Shown: piece after piece, positions 61,164 to 64,000 of the stretch
How the letters are laid out: each line of letters opens with the position of its first letter
Numbering within the stretch: the first letter of the stretch is position 1
Origin: an uncultured Gemmatimonadaceae bacterium
GTDB taxonomy: Bacteria > Gemmatimonadota > Gemmatimonadetes > Gemmatimonadales > Gemmatimonadaceae
NCBI GenBank assembly: GCA_963761305.1
Contig: CAVXGK010000001.1
Coordinates: 928,001 to 992,000 of the forward strand
Direction of reading: 5' to 3'
DNA: 64,000 nucleotides
The notes under the pieces: model-generated
Told to the model about the DNA's origin: nothing
The model's database searches: none
What the model saw: only the letters and a program-made list of their open reading frames with translations
Translations under genes and position numbers: made by a program

Positions 61164-62519
61164 ATGTCCAATCTTCCATTCGCCATCTTGCTCGCGGCCG
61201 CGGTATCGGCCGGTGCCCAACAGGCTCCCGCCGCGGCGGCCGCGAAACCGGCAGCGACGCTCATCAAGAACGCGACGGTTCTCACCGTCACCAAAGGGAC
61301 GCTCGAGAACACCGACGTCTTGCTGCAGAACGGCAAGATCGCGCAGATCGGCAAGAACCTCTCGGCGCCGGCCGGCGCGAACGTCATCGACGCGAGCGGC
61401 AAGTACGTGATGCCGGGGATCATCGATCCGCACTCGCACACGATGATCGACGCCGTCAACGAGGGCTCGCTTTCGGTGACGTCGATGGTGCGCATTCGCG
61501 ACGTGCTCAACCCGACCGACGTCAACATCTATCGCCAGCTTGCCGGCGGCGTGACCACGATCAACGTGTTGCACGGCTCGGCGAACACGATCGGCGGACA
61601 GAACGCGGTGGTGAAGCTTAAGTGGGGCCGCGACGCCGATGAAATGCTGTTCCCCGGCGCGATGCCCGGCATCAAGTTCGCGCTCGGCGAAAACGTGACG
61701 CAGAAGAACGGGCAGACGGCGGCCCAGGCCCAGGGTCGCGCGCTGCGGTACCCGGCGACGCGCATGGGTCAGGAAGAGGTGCTCCGCGACGCGTTCACGC
61801 GGGCCCGCGACTACAAGGCGTCGTGGGACGACTACACCGCGAAGGTGAAGGCCGGGGATAAGACCGCGGTCGCGCCGGATCGGGATCTCGAGCTCGAGCC
61901 GCTCGTCGAGGTGCTCGAGGGCAAGCGGTTCGTGCACGCGCACTCGTACCGCGCCGATGAAATGCTCATGCTGATGAACGTCGCCAAGGAGTTCGGCTTC
62001 ACGGTGAAGACGCTCCAGCACGGCTTGGAGGGATACAAGATCGCCTCCGAGATCGCGCAGGCCGGCACGGGACTGTCGACGTTCGCCGACGAGTGGTCGT
62101 ACAAGGTCGAAGCGTACGACGCGATTCCTTACAACACGGCGATTCTCATGCGGCACGGCGTCGTCGCCACGGTGAACTCCGACTCCGACGAGCGCGCGCG
62201 GCGGCTCAACATCGACGCCGCGAAGATGATGCGCTACGGCGGACTCACCGAGGACGAGGCGCTCAAGACGATCACCTACAACGGCGCCGTGCAGCTCGGC
62301 GTGCAGGACAAGGTCGGATCGATCGAGATCGGCAAGGACGCCGACGTGGTGATCTGGTCGGGCGATCCGCTCAGCGTGTACTCGACCGCCGAGACGACGT
62401 TCATCGACGGGGAAATTTTCTTCGACAAGAAGCTGGACGCGGCGATGCGGGATCAGGCGGCCAAGGAGCGCGCAGCGCTCGAGGCGGCCGACCGCGGCCG
62501 CCGTTCCGTGATTCCTTGA
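61164..62519 (+). CDS. Secreted metal-dependent amidohydrolase with intact metal ligands
   Basis: PGIIDPHSH, IKFALGEN, HAHSYR, LQHGLE, NSDSD, GSIEIGKDADVVIW. Confidence 0.9.
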   Translation: MSNLPFAILLAAAVSAGAQQAPAAAAAKPAATLIKNATVLTVTKGTLENTDVLLQNGKIAQIGKNLSAPAGANVIDASGKYVMPGIIDPHSHTMIDAVNEGSLSVTSMVRIRDVLNPTDVNIYRQLAGGVTTINVLHGSANTIGGQNAVVKLKWGRDADEMLFPGAMPGIKFALGENVTQKNGQTAAQAQGRALRYPATRMGQEEVLRDAFTRARDYKASWDDYTAKVKAGDKTAVAPDRDLELEPLVEVLEGKRFVHAHSYRADEMLMLMNVAKEFGFTVKTLQHGLEGYKIASEIAQAGTGLSTFADEWSYKVEAYDAIPYNTAILMRHGVVATVNSDSDERARRLNIDAAKMMRYGGLTEDEALKTITYNGAVQLGVQDKVGSIEIGKDADVVIWSGDPLSVYSTAETTFIDGEIFFDKKLDAAMRDQAAKERAALEAADRGRRSVIP

Positions 62520-62529
62520 GGCGACATCC

Positions 62530-63897
62530 GTGAACATCACTCTCATTAGAAAACTGACAATGCGGCCTGCGGCCGTCGTCCTCGCGGGCGCCGCCGTGGC
62601 GGCGCTGCCGATGCTGGCGCACGCCCAGCTCGGCTCGTTCAACCCCAACCCCGGGCCCCAGGGGACGTTCGCGATCCGCGGGGGCACCGTCGTCACGGTG
62701 AGCGGCGCCGAGATTCCGAACGGCACCGTCGTGATCAGCGGCGGGAAGATCACCGCGGTGGGCGCGAACGTGCAGGTCCCGGCGAACGCACAGGTGATCG
62801 ACGCCAAGGGGCTGATGGTCTATCCCGGAATGATCGAGACCGGATCGAGCATCGGGCTCTCGGAGATCGGACAAGGCGCCGTCGCGACGGTCGACATTCA
62901 AGAGGTCGGATCGTTCAACCCGAACGCGCAGGCGTTCTATGGCATCGATCCGCACAGCGCGCACATCGGCGTCGCGCGCGTCGTCGGCATCACGACGGTC
63001 GTGTCTCGTCCGACGGGCGGCATTCTCTCGGGCCAGGCGGCGTTGATGAATCTCGCCGGCGACACGCCGCCGAAGATGGCCGTCATCCCGAGGCTCGCCC
63101 TCGTCGTTGAACTGCCGCGCTCGGGGTTCGGTGGACGCGGCTTCGCCCGCGCGGCCGCGCTCCAGCAGGGCGCGCCGGCCGACGCCAATCGCGTGCGACA
63201 GGCGCAGATGGATTCGCTCCGCAAGTTGCTGCGCGACGCCGACGCCTACGCGAGGGCGCAGGACGCGTACACCAAGGACAAGTCGATCCCGCGGCCCGCG
63301 CACGACGTGGTGCTCGAATCGATGGTGCCCGCGGTGCGCGGACAGATGCCGGTGATCTTCCCCGCCGATCGCGCGAACGACATTCGTGACGCGGTGACCT
63401 TCGCCGAGGAGATGCATCTCAAGCCGATCATCATGGGCGGCGAGCAGGCGGTGGATGTGGCGGCGTTCCTCAAGCAGCACAACGTGCCGGTGGTCGTCAC
63501 CGCGGTCATGCACCTTCCGTCGCGCGAGGACGATCCGTTCGATGTGAACTATTCAATTCCCGCCAAGCTTGCGGCGGCGGGCGTGACGTTCGCGATCTCG
63601 ACGGGCGACAAGGGCTCCGAGGTTCGCACGCTGCCGTACAACGCCGGCATGGCCGCCGCGCACGGCCTATCCAAGACGGACGCGCTCAAGTCGGTCACGC
63701 TCTGGCCGGCGCAGATCTTCGGCGTCGGCGACCGGATGGGCTCGATCGACGTGGGCAAGATGGCGAACATCGTCGTCACGACCGGCGACCTGCTCGAAGC
63801 CAAGACGGACACGAAATACCTGTTCATCGACGGGCGCAACGTGCCGCTCGACACCAAGCACACGCAGCTGAACGCTCAGTTCAAGGACCGGCCGTAA
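62530..63897 (+). CDS. Secreted amidohydrolase-family protein lacking HxH
   Basis: VYPGMIETGS, VTLWPAQIFG..DRMGSIDVGKMANIV. Confidence 0.85.
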   Translation: MNITLIRKLTMRPAAVVLAGAAVAALPMLAHAQLGSFNPNPGPQGTFAIRGGTVVTVSGAEIPNGTVVISGGKITAVGANVQVPANAQVIDAKGLMVYPGMIETGSSIGLSEIGQGAVATVDIQEVGSFNPNAQAFYGIDPHSAHIGVARVVGITTVVSRPTGGILSGQAALMNLAGDTPPKMAVIPRLALVVELPRSGFGGRGFARAAALQQGAPADANRVRQAQMDSLRKLLRDADAYARAQDAYTKDKSIPRPAHDVVLESMVPAVRGQMPVIFPADRANDIRDAVTFAEEMHLKPIIMGGEQAVDVAAFLKQHNVPVVVTAVMHLPSREDDPFDVNYSIPAKLAAAGVTFAISTGDKGSEVRTLPYNAGMAAAHGLSKTDALKSVTLWPAQIFGVGDRMGSIDVGKMANIVVTTGDLLEAKTDTKYLFIDGRNVPLDTKHTQLNAQFKDRP

Positions 63898-63911
63898 AAG
63901 GGGCGAAGCCG

Positions 63912-64000
63912 CTAGCGCTCCTCGGCGCGCGGCGGCACAGAGTTGCCGCCGTCGATCAAGAACTTCCACGTGCCGTCTTTCTGGCGTTTCCAGACGGTGA
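63912..64000 (-). CDS. C-terminal end of a DUF4440/NTF2-like protein (partial)
   Basis: Minus strand reads TVWKRQKDGTWKFLIDGGNSVPPRAEER*. Confidence 0.65.
   Translation of the reverse strand, partial: TVWKRQKDGTWKFLIDGGNSVPPRAEER

Overview
A high-GC, gene-dense bacterial window with about 46 CDSs. The gene content (many secreted proteins with Gly/Arg-rich linkers, a SARP-TM-TPR regulator, DT-rich outer-membrane proteins) suggests Gemmatimonadota; this is inference only. No rRNA, tRNA, CRISPR array, transposase or integrase was seen. Ordinary content includes a TetR-TolC-HlyD-ABC2 efflux operon, acnA, moeB, aguB/aguA, a transsulfuration enzyme with queC/queE, cell-envelope enzymes, a sigma54 two-component system and three amidohydrolase-family genes. 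The notable items are: (1) a conserved structured 5' leader (hairpin, covarying stem, H-type pseudoknot next to the RBS) before three paralogous beta-barrel genes, at identical spacing from sigma54-type promoters, which is a candidate undescribed cis-regulatory RNA; (2) a peroxiredoxin whose catalytic Cys codon is an in-frame TGA followed by a SECIS-like hairpin, i.e. a selenoprotein that the ORF track splits in two; (3) a probably secreted protein with two Hcp/TssD-like domains and no T6SS nearby, in an operon divergent from a membrane-spanning SARP regulator; (4) a 1567-aa TPR/HD-GYP/GGDEF/STAND/TPR protein followed by a GAFTGA-less enhancer-binding protein; (5) a decaying pair of genes, a Tat-signal CoA-transferase and a porin. 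All family calls come from motif recognition by eye; no searches were run.
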